Notes: generated by a model from the letters alone, not told the origin. DNA of 64,000 nt from an uncultured Gammaproteobacteria bacterium (GCA_963729605.1 CAVSNY010000002.1:376205-440204), one strand, 5' to 3'. Positions 30,132 to 42,632 are shown, counted from the first letter of the stretch. Program-made: numbers and translations.

Positions 30132-30704
30132 ATGAAAAATGGCCAGCTGTGTCTTGCATTTCTCTGCATTGCAATCTCATTCTGCGCACAGGCAGAAAAC
30201 AACCTTGATGGGTGGGGCTTTGGAATTGGCATCGGGTTCGAACTTTATAATAACCCGTATATAAAGACCGCATCAATGAATGGGGCAGAAAAAATAGTTT
30301 CAGTGAATGAAGAATATAAAAGCATACCAGCTCTTTGGTCAGCTGTTAATTGGACAGTTACTGCTCAGTGCAAACATGTACATATCCCGGCAAGATGGGT
30401 ATGCACGGAGTGGGTAAAGCCGGGTTGGTTCGTCGGCGCAAAGTTGATTGGACAAAATGGGGCTGGTCTAGACGGTGCCGCCGTGGGAATTCAATGGGCA
30501 TTTCTTCGACCTGCTGATGGCGGGGGTGCAGGAAAGCGAAAGAGCCTTAATCTTGGCGTAGGTATTGGCGTGACAAAGTTTCGTGAGCTGGCGTCCGGTA
30601 TTAAGGAGGGCCAAGCGCTCCCAAGTTATTATGACGATGTAAGATACAGGGATACAACTAAGCCAATGTTTCTCATTCTAGTTACAAAAGACATCGCCAT
30701 GTAA
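30132..30704 (+). CDS. Exported hypothetical protein
   Basis: GAGGAG RBS, signal peptide ending AQA, Gly/aromatic alternating strands (WGFGIGIGF, LNLGVGIG), lower GC. Confidence 0.7.
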   Translation: MKNGQLCLAFLCIAISFCAQAENNLDGWGFGIGIGFELYNNPYIKTASMNGAEKIVSVNEEYKSIPALWSAVNWTVTAQCKHVHIPARWVCTEWVKPGWFVGAKLIGQNGAGLDGAAVGIQWAFLRPADGGGAGKRKSLNLGVGIGVTKFRELASGIKEGQALPSYYDDVRYRDTTKPMFLILVTKDIAM

Positions 30705-30732
30705 AAACTTCTATAGCTCAGCTGCTCCTGAC

Positions 30733-30970
30733 TGTAATAACATCTGACAGCCACGCTGGCTCAAGCTGCCACGCTATGGCATCGGATTTCATATATGTCC
30801 GATCCAGTTGCTTTGCGAATGCTAGGGGTTCACTGTCGAATGTCTGCATGGGTGTTTGCCGTAGCAGTACTTTCCGGAATGCGTCTGCTCGATATTATTT
30901 CGCGTGGTCCACTTATCGATATCGGCCTGCGGTTCTTCCATATTGTGATATAGCTTGCGCCGCGCAATGC
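30733..30970 (-). pseudogene. IS481-family transposase 3' remnant
   Basis: RRKLYHNMEEPQADIDKW..RNNIEQTHSGKYCYGK / frameshift / PMQTF resembles the IS481 C-terminus; no N-terminal part. Confidence 0.6.
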
Positions 30971-31764
30971 ATGATGCGAGCTTCCAATTCGTGATGCGAT
31001 GCACGCCCCCGGCGCGATTGCCCGACCTGGTTGAAACGAGGAAGCTGCACCGCGTCCCTGGTATCGGCAAATGCAACGGCAATACCGCGGCTGGCGCAAT
31101 CTGTTCGATGACGGCGTGGGCTGTTGTTTCGGTCTTCCCCAGCGTAACACGAAGCTTTCAAGCGTGATGTTACGGGGGCGCAAGCGCAGCTTGATGTCGA
31201 GCGCAAGCGCGGCAGGCCGAAGCTGCGGAGAAGGCGGCGGTGATCCGGAATGTGGCGGCGCCCGCGACAGGCGCTCATCCCTACCTTATGAGCGAGGACA
31301 TCCAAGTCCACGGCGCGCGCGAGCGATCTTTATTCCATTCTTGAGCCCGTCTCTGTGAGAATCTTCTAGTCGCAGTGCGAGTACGGTGCGGGGATAACAC
31401 GGGTAAAATGCACGTGGAACTCACAACACAGATTCCTCACTATGGGAATGTGTCTTAGCCACTCATGTCTTGAGCGCTGCGCGTACTTGATGAACCTTGT
31501 TCGATATTAGGCATAGGATCTTAGCCGGATAGGGACGCTGGCATAAAAAGATAATGGGGTCGTCCAACGTTTGAGCCAACCGGCACATTGTGCGTGACGG
31601 AATCTGGCCCAGAATGAATGGCAAGACAATGACGGCACGACGCAATGTGTTCGGTTGCGCGAATTGTGACCGAGCGCCGTCGTGAACCCGGGAGCAATGT
31701 GTCAGGCCAAGTCTGTCAATCGCCCTCCGGGCAGGAATCTTCAGAGTAGAGGTGATCGGACATC

Positions 31765-33072
31765 GTGACAGTGGATCAGGACACCACTACGGTATCAGCA
31801 TCGCTGCCTTACCGTGGCGACAGTCCCGTCAGCCGAGAAGCGCTTTATGAGATTGTCTGGAACGCGCCCATGCTCAAGGTGGCGGCACGCTTCGGCGTCT
31901 CGTCGAGCTATATGGCCCGGGTCTGCACGCTGCTCAACGTACCACGGCCGGAGCGTGGCTATTGGGCAAAGCTGGCGGTGGGTAAAGCGCCCACGCAACC
32001 GCCACTCCCTGAGCCGCGTCACGGCGACGTGCTCGAGTGGCGACGCGACGGCACGTTTCCGAAACGTGCCCGTTCGCTGCCAAAACCTCCTGACCCAAGA
32101 CCTCAGCGGCAGCGCACAGCTAGACCCCCGCTGCCAGATCGACATCCGCTAGCGTATGGCGTCAAGCCGCTATTCGAGGCAGGTCGTTACTCTTGGGACG
32201 GCAACTATCTCAAGCCGGCCAAGCGACTGCTCGTCGACCTGATAGTTACCAAGACGGGGCTGGAAAAAGCAATCGCCTTTGCGAACGAATTGTTCCTAGC
32301 CCTAGAGGCGCAAGGCCACCGCGTGATCATTGCGCCGAACTCCGAGCACTTCCATCGCGCGACCGTCGATGAGCGTGAAAATCCCACGAAAGGCCACCAC
32401 CATAACAACCTGTGGTCGCCGATGCGGTGCACGGTAGTGTATATCGGGACCGTGGCGATCGGCCTCACCGTTATCGAGATGTCCGAGCAAGCGGAAGCCC
32501 GATACGTGAACGGCGAGTACGTTCGGCTGACCGACTACGTTTCCAAGCGAGGTGGTAGGTACACGCAGCGTCATGGCTGGACGAGTACCCACGAGTTCGC
32601 GACCGGGCGCCTCTGCCTCCAGGCCTACTCGCCGTACCCGCGTGCTGACTGGGTCCAGCAGTGGCGAGAGACGCCGGCCCGGGACCTTTCTAGCCGCATC
32701 CCCGCCATCATGCGTGAGCTGGAGAAGGCTACGATCGAGATCGCCCGACGCGTCGAAGAAGGTGAGCGCCGGGCGGAAATTGAGCGTAAGCGTTTGGCAG
32801 CTGAATACGAACGCTGGCGTCGCGAAGAGGAGGCGCGGCAGGCCGCAAAAGCTCTGCAGGACAGCAAAGACGAGCTGCTTCAGATCATCGATGCCTGGGC
32901 AGCTGCGAAGCGGCTCGAGGAGTTCTTCGCGGACGCCGAACGCCGAGCGCAGGATTTACCGGCCGAACATCGGGAGCGCGCACTGGAACGACTTCGACGC
33001 GCACGCGGCTTGATCGGTAGCACCGATGCGCTGGAGCGATTCGACGCATGGCGTGCGCCGCAGGAGCGCTAA
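31765..33072 (+). CDS. Hypothetical 435-aa protein (N-terminal HTH-like region, C-terminal coiled coil)
   Basis: GAGGTG RBS; SREALYE.VW..PM..VA..FGVS...C..L.VP.P.RGYWAK; E/R-rich C-terminus. Confidence 0.75.
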   Translation: MTVDQDTTTVSASLPYRGDSPVSREALYEIVWNAPMLKVAARFGVSSSYMARVCTLLNVPRPERGYWAKLAVGKAPTQPPLPEPRHGDVLEWRRDGTFPKRARSLPKPPDPRPQRQRTARPPLPDRHPLAYGVKPLFEAGRYSWDGNYLKPAKRLLVDLIVTKTGLEKAIAFANELFLALEAQGHRVIIAPNSEHFHRATVDERENPTKGHHHNNLWSPMRCTVVYIGTVAIGLTVIEMSEQAEARYVNGEYVRLTDYVSKRGGRYTQRHGWTSTHEFATGRLCLQAYSPYPRADWVQQWRETPARDLSSRIPAIMRELEKATIEIARRVEEGERRAEIERKRLAAEYERWRREEEARQAAKALQDSKDELLQIIDAWAAAKRLEEFFADAERRAQDLPAEHRERALERLRRARGLIGSTDALERFDAWRAPQER

Positions 33073-33631
33073 GGTTGGTAGGAATTCAGTCGAAGAATGT
33101 GCCGGCGCCTAGCCTCGATATCTGAGCGCACTGAATCACTCGCAAATCATTGAACAGCGCAAGAAGATCATTGCAGAGGCTGCAGAACAGCGCTATAGGG
33201 AATTAGCCGGCAGTGAAATCAAATACACATCAGCGGAACGGTGCATGAACTCAAGGAAGACACCCCCCATCAGCGTGAATTCCTTGATTTCTACCGTACT
33301 CCCAGAGGCAAGTCCACTTCCAAAGGCTCTCGCCGAAGCTAAGGACTCACTCGACGCTTGTCAGCAACATCAAGTTCATGAACTTTTATCCGTTCATTGA
33401 CATCGCGATGATCTCTCCGCGCCCGATTGGCCTTTCCGCGATGGCCTATGCGACCGCCCGGCGCTACGCCAAAGACTCGCGTTTTGCCTTTGGCACCCGG
33501 AGATTGCCTTGGGGGCTTTGCCAGCGCTATCTTCCTGCTGGCGCCATTCTCGGACCGGTCAATGTTGTCTGCGCACTGATCCTGGGTAAAGTGCACCACC
33601 ATGGGCACGGGGCATTCCCAGCGGCACGATC

Positions 33632-33765
33632 ATCACGCCACTGAACATCACCTAGTAGACCAAGGCAACCTATGCCGAGGGAGAGTTAACCGAGGCGCAA
33701 CTTGTAAGGAATTCTTACAAATTTGCCAGGAGGCTGCACAAGTAGGCGGCAAGTGAGCTATTCAA
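33632..33765 (+). pseudogene. Decayed rhuM N-terminal fragment retaining a 25-bp palindrome
   Basis: Reads ITPLNIT**TKATYAEGELTEA /frameshift/ TCKEFLQI, aligning with [31 protein letters not shown] of the ORF at 41628. Confidence 0.75.
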
Positions 33766-33838
33766 AGAATACTTTAGCATTGGCACTGCTTAATTAAAGA
33801 ATGCTTTAATTATTTTAAGCCATATTAAAGAAATATTT
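33764..33838. promoter_or_regulatory. Three spaced AT-rich AAAG-N4-(C/A)TTT boxes (candidate operators)
   Basis: AAAGAATACTTT 33764, AAAGAATGCTTT 33796 (inside palindrome TAATTAAAG-N4-CTTTAATTA), AAAGAAATATTT 33827. Confidence 0.45.
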
Positions 33839-34144
33839 GGCATGAAGCGGGTCCTCTGCGGGGCTGGTTCTTCGCCGGCGCGCCATGAGTTGTAGTCTCC
33901 TCTAATCGTCCGAATGCGAGATTCGATAGCCGACGCTCACCCGAATCTTCAAAAAATACCATATTGGCATCTGGTTCTAATCGCGTCCGTGAGCGCGTCT
34001 ACGGTGAGCGCGAGCGCGGTCCTGCCCCTGCCGTCAGGTCCAGATCGAGGTTGCCGAGTTTGCGCCTTGCACCGGCGAAAAATCCGACAACTGACAGATA
34101 CGATGATCGCGTGATAGCATCGCGGGCACACAGGGGGAGTATCC

Positions 34145-34477
34145 ATGCGCACGGTCGTCGGCATTCGCCCGAGTAAACAGGTTCGCCGGGCTTCCAGTCA
34201 AACCGAAGAGACTATGCCTACCGTCTGGTTCGCTTCATGGCGACAGCTGGTCGGCGTGCTGTCGGACGAAAACCGTGCACTGCTGCGCCTGATGCAGGAT
34301 AAGCAGCCGCGCACGGTACTGGAACTGGCCGAACTGTCCGGCCGCGCGGCCAGCAACTTGTCGCGCACGCTGCGCAATCTGGAGGGCTACGGATTGGTCA
34401 AGCTGCACCGTAGCCCGGACACCCGCGCCGTGCGCCCCGAGGCGCTGGCCACCGAGTTTCTGGTGATGTTGGACTGA
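34145..34477 (+). CDS. Winged-HTH transcriptional regulator heading the R-M cluster
   Basis: GGGGAG RBS; [10 protein letters not shown]...[26 protein letters not shown]. Confidence 0.8.
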   Translation: MRTVVGIRPSKQVRRASSQTEETMPTVWFASWRQLVGVLSDENRALLRLMQDKQPRTVLELAELSGRAASNLSRTLRNLEGYGLVKLHRSPDTRAVRPEALATEFLVMLD

Positions 34478-34509
34478 TCTGCCACCCCAAACCACAACAG
34501 GAATCACAC

Positions 34510-36085
<1,576 letters not shown>

Positions 36086-36096
<11 letters not shown>

Positions 36097-37333
36097 GTGG
36101 CAAGAGGTAGTTATTGCTGAAGCCCCGCTTGAGATTATCGACGGTGATCGGGGTCCCAATTATCCGAGACAGGATGAGTTTGCATCCGTCGGTCATTGCC
36201 TGTTTCTAAACGCTGGAAACGTCACGAATGCAGGGTTCAGTTTCTCAGATTGCAGCTTCATATCTAAAAATAAAGATGCGGCTTTACGAAAAGGGAAGGC
36301 CAAACGGGATGATGTTGTTCTTACGACACGCGGCACCGTTGGGAATGTGGCTCTATATGACGCATCAGTACCGTATGAGCATGTACGGATCAATTCCGGA
36401 ATGGTTTTGCTACGGCCGGATAGTTCTAAACTTTCACCTCGCTTCCTCTACCAATTTGTCCGATCCGCTGTTTTTAGGGAGCGAGTGACGGCACTAACAA
36501 CAGGCAGTGCACAACCCCAGCTCCCAATTCGTGATATCAGGCGAATTGAGTTTCCTCTGCCACCCCTCACCGAACAACTCACTATCGCCCACATCCTTGG
36601 CACGCTGGACGACAAGATCGAACTCAACCGCCGCCGCAACCAGACCCTGGAGACCATGGCTCGCGCCCTGTTCCAGGACTGGTTCGTCGACTTCGGCCCT
36701 GTCCGCGCTAAAATGGAAGGCCGCGAACCCTACCTTCCCGCCGACCTCTGGCAACTCTTCCCCGACCGGCTCAATGATGAGGGGAAGCCGGAGGGGTGGG
36801 AGCTTAAACGCGTTTCTTATTACCTGACACTTGCCTACGGAAAATCGTTGCCGGCGGGCAAGCGAAATCACGGAGGCGTTCCGGTTTACGGTTCCGGCGG
36901 AATCACTGGGTTTCATAGCGAGGCATTAGTCAACGGACCGGCGATCATCGTCGGACGTAAAGGAACCGTTGGAAGTTTGTATTGGGAAGATCGCCCATGC
37001 TTCCCCATTGATACTGTGTTCTATGTTCAACCAGAGGCCCCACTGTCGTTCTGCTATTACTTGCTCGAAAGCTTGCCGCTCCGAGACATGAACACCGATG
37101 CAGCTGTGCCAGGCTTGAATCGTGAGAATGTCTATCGACTCGAAGTCGCCGCACCACCGGCCAGGCTTATTTCGGCTTTCACTGAGACAGCCACTCGCCT
37201 TCGCGAGGGCATCGCGGCAATTTCCAGAGACAGTGACACCCTCGCCCAACTACGCGACACCCTGCTGCCCAAACTGATCTCCGGCGAGCTGCGTATCGCC
37301 GATGCCGAGAAATTTCTGGAGAAAGCCCTATGA
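36086..37333 (+). CDS. hsdS: Type I R-M specificity subunit
   Basis: ATG at 36086; two lower-GC TRDs separated by conserved [18 protein letters not shown]; ends [15 protein letters not shown]. Confidence 0.95.
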
Positions 37334-38535
37334 CGCACACCAGCCAGCCACCGCGCATCGAGAGCCTGCATGTCAAAAACTACCGGGCGCTGAGGGACAT
37401 TAAACTGGAGAAGATGACTCCGCTCACCGTGCTGCTTGGACCGAATGGCAGCGGCAAGTCCACGGTGTTCGATGTGTTCGCCTTTCTCGCCGAGTGCTTT
37501 ACCGACGGACTGCGCAAGGCATGGGATCGCAGGGGCCGTTTCAAGGAACTGCGCAGCCGGGATCAGGATGGGCCTATCGTCATTGAAATTCAGTATCGTG
37601 AGAAGCCGCAAACGCCCCTGATCACCTATCACCTTGAGATTGAGGAGCAACTCAAAGGGCCGGTGGTGGCGCGGGAGTTCCTGCGTTGGAAGCGTGGACA
37701 CCCGGCGGCGCCGTTTCACTTCCTCGACTATCAATACGGCAAGGGCAAGGTCATCACCGGAGAAGAGCCGGAATCGACGGACACGCGCGTCGAAAAGCCG
37801 CTTTCCGGCCCGGATGTACTGGCGGTCAGCACATTGGGAACGCTGGCGGAAAACCCGCGCGTCATCGCGCTTCGGAACTTCATCTCGGGCTGGCATCTCT
37901 CCTACCTGTCGGCGGATGCTGCCCGTGGCAACCCGGAGGCGGGTGCGGAGGAGCGCCTCTCCCCCACCGGGGACAACCTGCCCAATGTCATCCAGTATCT
38001 GCGCGAACAGCACCCCGAGCGGTTGGAGCAAATCTTCGAGACCTTGAGGCGGCGCATCCCGCGCATCGAGCGGGTGCAGGCTGAGGTCTTGCAGGACAGT
38101 CGGCTGTTGTTACTGGTGAAGGACGCTCCGTTTTCGACGCCAGTGCTCTCCCGCTTCGCCTCCGATGGTACGCTCAAGCTCTTGGCCTATCTGACGGTGC
38201 TCTACGATCCAGAACCACCGCAGTTGATCGGCATCGAGGAGCCGGAGAACTATCTGCACCCGCGTTTGCTGCCGGAACTGGCTGAAGAGTGCCAGCAAGC
38301 CGCCGACCTTACCCAGTTGATCGTCACCACCCACTCGCCCTTTTTTATCAATCCGCTGCGACCTGAAGAGGTGCGTGTGCTTTACCGTGCGGCGGATGGC
38401 TATACGCGGGTGCGTCGGGTGGCGGATATGCCCGGCATCGCCGCGCTCCTCGATCAGGGGGCCACGCTGGGCGAGCTCTGGATGGAGGGGCATTTCGATG
38501 TCGGCGATCCTCTGGCGATGGGAGATGCGGAGTGA
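37330..38535 (+). CDS. AAA/ABC-type ATPase (AAA_21-like)
   Basis: VKNYRAL, Walker [13 protein letters not shown] signature, Walker B IGIEEPE, TTHS. Confidence 0.9.
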   Translation: MTHTSQPPRIESLHVKNYRALRDIKLEKMTPLTVLLGPNGSGKSTVFDVFAFLAECFTDGLRKAWDRRGRFKELRSRDQDGPIVIEIQYREKPQTPLITYHLEIEEQLKGPVVAREFLRWKRGHPAAPFHFLDYQYGKGKVITGEEPESTDTRVEKPLSGPDVLAVSTLGTLAENPRVIALRNFISGWHLSYLSADAARGNPEAGAEERLSPTGDNLPNVIQYLREQHPERLEQIFETLRRRIPRIERVQAEVLQDSRLLLLVKDAPFSTPVLSRFASDGTLKLLAYLTVLYDPEPPQLIGIEEPENYLHPRLLPELAEECQQAADLTQLIVTTHSPFFINPLRPEEVRVLYRAADGYTRVRRVADMPGIAALLDQGATLGELWMEGHFDVGDPLAMGDAE

Positions 38536-39146
38536 TGCGGGTCGAATTCCTGGTCGAGGAACAATCCGCCGAGGAGGCGTTGAAGCACCTGCTGCCGCGA
38601 CTGATCGGCCGACGCGCCCAATGGGGAATCATAAACCTCGGCAGTAAATACAAACTGCTCAAGGTGCTGCCACAGCGGTTGGCTGCCTATCGGCAGCGCA
38701 TCGATCAGGGCGAAGACCTGCGTGTGGTGGTACTGGTGGATCGCGATAAAGACGACTGCGAGGCGCTCAAGCGCCAACTCGAAGGCGCGGCACTGGAAAC
38801 GGGGCTCGCGACCAAATCCACGCCCGATGCCCAAGGTCGCTTTCTCGTGGTCAACCGCATCGTGATTGAGGAGCTGGAATCCTGGTTTATCGGTGACCCG
38901 GCCGCCCTGCGCCAGGCTTTCACCAGTCTGCCGAGGATTGATGAGAAGAAGGGCATCTTTCGCAACCCGGACAATGGTGGTTCCTGGGAGGCGCTGCATC
39001 GCTTTCTCAAGAAGCACGGCATCTACAAGAGCAGCTATCCCAAGATCGACGCCGCGCGGCGTATTGCACCACGGATCGATCTCCAGGCCAATCGCTCGCA
39101 CAGCTTTCAGGTCTTCGTCCAAGGTGTGGAGGCGTTACTGCTATGA
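38532..39146 (+). CDS. DUF4276-like TOPRIM-fold putative nuclease
   Basis: FLVEEQS, VLVDRD (E...DxD), [10 protein letters not shown]; coupled to the ATPase. Confidence 0.75.
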   Translation: MMRVEFLVEEQSAEEALKHLLPRLIGRRAQWGIINLGSKYKLLKVLPQRLAAYRQRIDQGEDLRVVVLVDRDKDDCEALKRQLEGAALETGLATKSTPDAQGRFLVVNRIVIEELESWFIGDPAALRQAFTSLPRIDEKKGIFRNPDNGGSWEALHRFLKKHGIYKSSYPKIDAARRIAPRIDLQANRSHSFQVFVQGVEALLL

Positions 39147-40294
39147 CCCGCATCCCCGTCAACCCCGAGCTGCTGACCTGGGCGCGTGAGCGCGCCGGGC
39201 TGGATACGCTCGCGCTGGCGGGGCGTTTCCCCAAACTCAGCGAATGGGAAGACGGCGCCTTGCAGCCGACCTTGCGCCAACTGGAAGACTTCGCCCGCAC
39301 CGTGCATGTGGCTGTTGGCTATTTGTTCTTGCCGGCGCCACCGGATGAGCCGTTGCCGATTCCGGATTTCCGCACGCTGGCCGGTCGTCAAGTGGCCAGT
39401 CCCAGCCCAAATCTACTCGACACGATTTATTTGTGTCAGCAGCGGCAGGACTGGTTTCGCGACTATGCCCGCGTACACGCGCTGCCTGCGCTGGACTTTC
39501 CGGGCAGTGCCACGGTGGAGGACGCGCCCGAGCGCGTGGCCGAGGCGATGCGACAAAGGCTCGCGCTTACCATTTCCGAGCGTCAGCAACTGCCAACATG
39601 GACCGATGCCCTGCGCCAGCTGATCGGCAAGGCTGAGGATGCGGGTGTATTGGTGATGACCAGCGGCGTCGTAGGCAGCAACAGCCACCGCAAGCTGGAC
39701 GTGGAGGAGTTTCGCGGCTTCGCGCTGGCGGATGACTTGGCGCCGCTGGTGTTTATCAATGGCGCCGACAGCAAGGCGGCGCAGATATTCACCCTGGCCC
39801 ATGAGCTGGGGCACCTGTGGCTTGGCGAGAGCGGCATATCCGATCCCGAAGCGGGCCGACCGGCCGAACCGGGCATCGAACGCTGGTGCAATGCCGTGGC
39901 GGCGGAGTTTCTGATGCCGCTGGCGATGTTGCGCCGGGAATATCAGGGCGGCGTGGCGGTCGCGAACGAAATTCAACGCCTGGCGCGCAGCTTCAAGGTC
40001 AGCACGCTGGTCGTCTTGCGGCGTCTCTTCGATGCGGGCTTTATCGACGAGCCAACCCTTTGGCAGAGTTACCGTGAAGAGCTGGAGCGCATCCGCGCGC
40101 TCGACCGGAGCGGCAGCGGCGGCGGCGACTTCTACCGCACGCTGGGTGCGCGCACCGGCAAGCGCTTTGCCCGCGCCGTGCTATCGAGCACGCTGGAAGG
40201 CCAGACCCTATTTCAGGATGCCTTTCGCATGCTGGGTGTGCGCAAGACCTCCACTTTCTATGAAGCTGCGCGCGAGCTGGGGGTGATGCTGTGA
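39143..40294 (+). CDS. XRE-HTH plus ImmA/IrrE zinc metallopeptidase
   Basis: NPELL.WARER...WE.G...PT..QL; FTLAHELGH (HExxH); E.WCN.VAAEFLMP. Confidence 0.9.
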   Translation: MTRIPVNPELLTWARERAGLDTLALAGRFPKLSEWEDGALQPTLRQLEDFARTVHVAVGYLFLPAPPDEPLPIPDFRTLAGRQVASPSPNLLDTIYLCQQRQDWFRDYARVHALPALDFPGSATVEDAPERVAEAMRQRLALTISERQQLPTWTDALRQLIGKAEDAGVLVMTSGVVGSNSHRKLDVEEFRGFALADDLAPLVFINGADSKAAQIFTLAHELGHLWLGESGISDPEAGRPAEPGIERWCNAVAAEFLMPLAMLRREYQGGVAVANEIQRLARSFKVSTLVVLRRLFDAGFIDEPTLWQSYREELERIRALDRSGSGGGDFYRTLGARTGKRFARAVLSSTLEGQTLFQDAFRMLGVRKTSTFYEAARELGVML

Positions 40295-40788
40295 CCTACC
40301 TGCTCGATGCCAACGTGTTTATCCAAGCCAAGAACCTGCACTACGGGCTGGATTTCTGTCCCGCCTTTTGGCAATGGCTGCTCGACAACCATGCTGCCGG
40401 TCGGGTATTCAGCGTTGATAAAGTGGCCGATGAAATCGCGGCGGGCGGCGATGAATTGACCGATTGGATGCGTGACCACGGCAATGGCCTGTTCGTTAAG
40501 ACCGGTGCGGAGGTAGCCGCCCAGTTCGGTAAGGTCAGCGCCTGGACCACACAGCAAAACTGTGAACCGGCTGCCATCAACACCTTTTTGCAGGTGGCCG
40601 ATTACTATTTGATTGCCCACGCCCTGGCGAATGGACATGTGGTGGTTACGCACGAAGTGCCTGCCAACTCCGTTAAGCGCATCAAGTTCCCCAATGTCTG
40701 CGTCGGCCTGAATCTGCGGTTCATGACGCCTTACGAAATGCTGCGGCGGGAACGCGCGCGGTTTGTGTTAGGTGGTGCGCAAGCATGA
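40291..40788 (+). CDS. PIN-domain protein (DUF4411-like)
   Basis: YLLDANVFI, FW.WL, V..EI, AD..LIA.A, VVTHE, IK.P.VC. Confidence 0.85.
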   Translation: MTYLLDANVFIQAKNLHYGLDFCPAFWQWLLDNHAAGRVFSVDKVADEIAAGGDELTDWMRDHGNGLFVKTGAEVAAQFGKVSAWTTQQNCEPAAINTFLQVADYYLIAHALANGHVVVTHEVPANSVKRIKFPNVCVGLNLRFMTPYEMLRRERARFVLGGAQA

Positions 40789-41510
40789 CCATGGACTGGT
40801 GCCCGGGCATCCGCGAAGCCTGCACCCACTGGCGCGACGCTCCAATGTTGCAGCAAAACCTGGAAGCCCTGGAGCAGACGCTCGGCCAAGACAACGACGC
40901 CTGCATCGACTGCGTAAAGACGATGGTCGAGGTTGTCTGCCGGGTCATCGTCGAGAGCTTCCATACACCGCTGGCGCCGCTCAAGCCTCTGCAGGAAGCG
41001 CCTAGCCTTTCCGACTGGCTGAGCGCCGCGGTACGTGCGTTGAAACTGGGCGACATCCGCGACGAGAAGTTCAAAAAGTTAGTATCCAGCCACCACAAGC
41101 TGGCGGGTGCACTTAACGATCTGCGCAATCAGGCCGGTCCCGCCAGCCACGGCAAAGACCCGTACCTGGAGCGGCTCGCCGTCCATCATCGTCGTTCGGC
41201 AGTGCTCGCTGCCGACGCCATAGTGGCCTTTCTGCACAAGGCCTATCTAGAAGCGCAACTGGACCCTACCAGTTCGCGCGAGCCCTGGGAGCGTTTTGCC
41301 GATAACAATGCGGTCATCGATGCGCAGGTTGGACTGTCAGTGGATACTGACGAAGACGGATCGACCACGCTGCAGTTTTCTCTGCCCGGTGGCGACGTGT
41401 TGCCTGTTGCTATCGAAGTCAGTCGATTGCTCTATCTGCTCGATCGCTATGCGTATGTGGAGGCGCTGAACGCAGCGCGTAGCGTCAGTGAGTCGGAGGT
41501 TGCGGAGTGA
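40785..41510 (+). CDS. Abortive-infection C-terminal (Abi_C)-like protein
   Basis: K..VE.VC..I and LNDLRN...ASHG motifs; defence operon context. Confidence 0.7.
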   Translation: MTMDWCPGIREACTHWRDAPMLQQNLEALEQTLGQDNDACIDCVKTMVEVVCRVIVESFHTPLAPLKPLQEAPSLSDWLSAAVRALKLGDIRDEKFKKLVSSHHKLAGALNDLRNQAGPASHGKDPYLERLAVHHRRSAVLAADAIVAFLHKAYLEAQLDPTSSREPWERFADNNAVIDAQVGLSVDTDEDGSTTLQFSLPGGDVLPVAIEVSRLLYLLDRYAYVEALNAARSVSESEVAE

Positions 41511-41627
41511 CGCGAACGCCCGACGCAGTCATCGAGTTATCAGCGCGTTTCAAAGCGTTGCTGGATAGTGACCCCGTTGAAGCCGTGAGGCAGGCACGAC
41601 AGATTCGGGGGCGCGAGGAGGCAACCT

Positions 41628-42631
41628 ATGAATAACATCGTGATTTTCGAGTCCGGCGAGCGGTCGGTTGACGTCCGGCTGGAGGGTGAAACCGTCTGGC
41701 TGACCCAGGCTCAGGTTGCCGAGCTTTTTTCGGTCAGTCCCCAAAACATCACCATGCACCTAAAAAATATATACGAAGAACAGGAGCTTGAAGAGGACTC
41801 AACCTGTAAGGATTTCTTACAGGTTCAAACCGAAGGCGACCGAGAGGTTAAAAGAAAGCGCAAGCACTACAACCTGGACGCCGTCATCTCGGTTGGCTAC
41901 CGCGTCAATTCCCGTCGCGCCACCCAGTTCCGTATCTGGGCCACCAACATCTTGAAACAATACTTGGTGGAAGGCTACACCCTCAACCAGCATCGCCTGC
42001 GGGAACGGGGCATCGAGTTCGAGCAGGCGCTGAGCTTGCTGTCGCGCACGCTGGCCAATCAGCAACTGGTCAGTGCCGAGGGCGAGGCGGTGCTGCATGT
42101 CATCAGCGAGTACGCCCGCAGCTGGAGCCTGTTGCAGGGTTACGACGAGCAGAGCTTGAGCGGCCAGACCGGCAGGCAGGACGGTATGCGGTCGCTGCAA
42201 CTGGACGAGGTGCTGGCGGCTATTAATCAGCTCAAGGCCGAGCTGATTCGCAAGGGCGAAGCCACCGCGCTGTTCGGCCAATTGCGCGGCGACGGCCTGG
42301 CCTCCGCGCTGGCTACCATCGAGCAGGGCTTCGGTGATGAGCTGTTCTACCCCAATGTGGCCAGCCGCGCGGCGCACCTGCTGTATTTCGTGATTAAGAA
42401 CCACCCACTGGCCGACGGCAACAAACGCACCGGCTCCTTCCTGTTCCTCTGGTATCTGCGCCTGAACCAGCACCTGCTGGCCCGGCCGGTGGAGCGTCTG
42501 ATCAATGACAACACGCTGGTGGCGCTGGCACTGCTGGTGGCCGAGAGCTTGCCCGGTCAAAAGGAACTGATGGTGCGGCTGGTGGAGCATTTCGTACTGC
42601 TAAAAGACACTGCCAACACAAGGGGCGACTG

Positions 42632-42632
<1 letters not shown>
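41628..42632 (+). CDS. RhuM-Fic/Doc fusion protein
   Basis: GAGGAGG RBS; [35 protein letters not shown]; Doc-type HPLADGNKR. Confidence 0.9.

Noticed and set aside
31142-31175. CGTAACA...TGTTACG inverted repeat as a possible integron attC site
   Set aside because: Too short for attC, no cassette ORF upstream and no integron integrase
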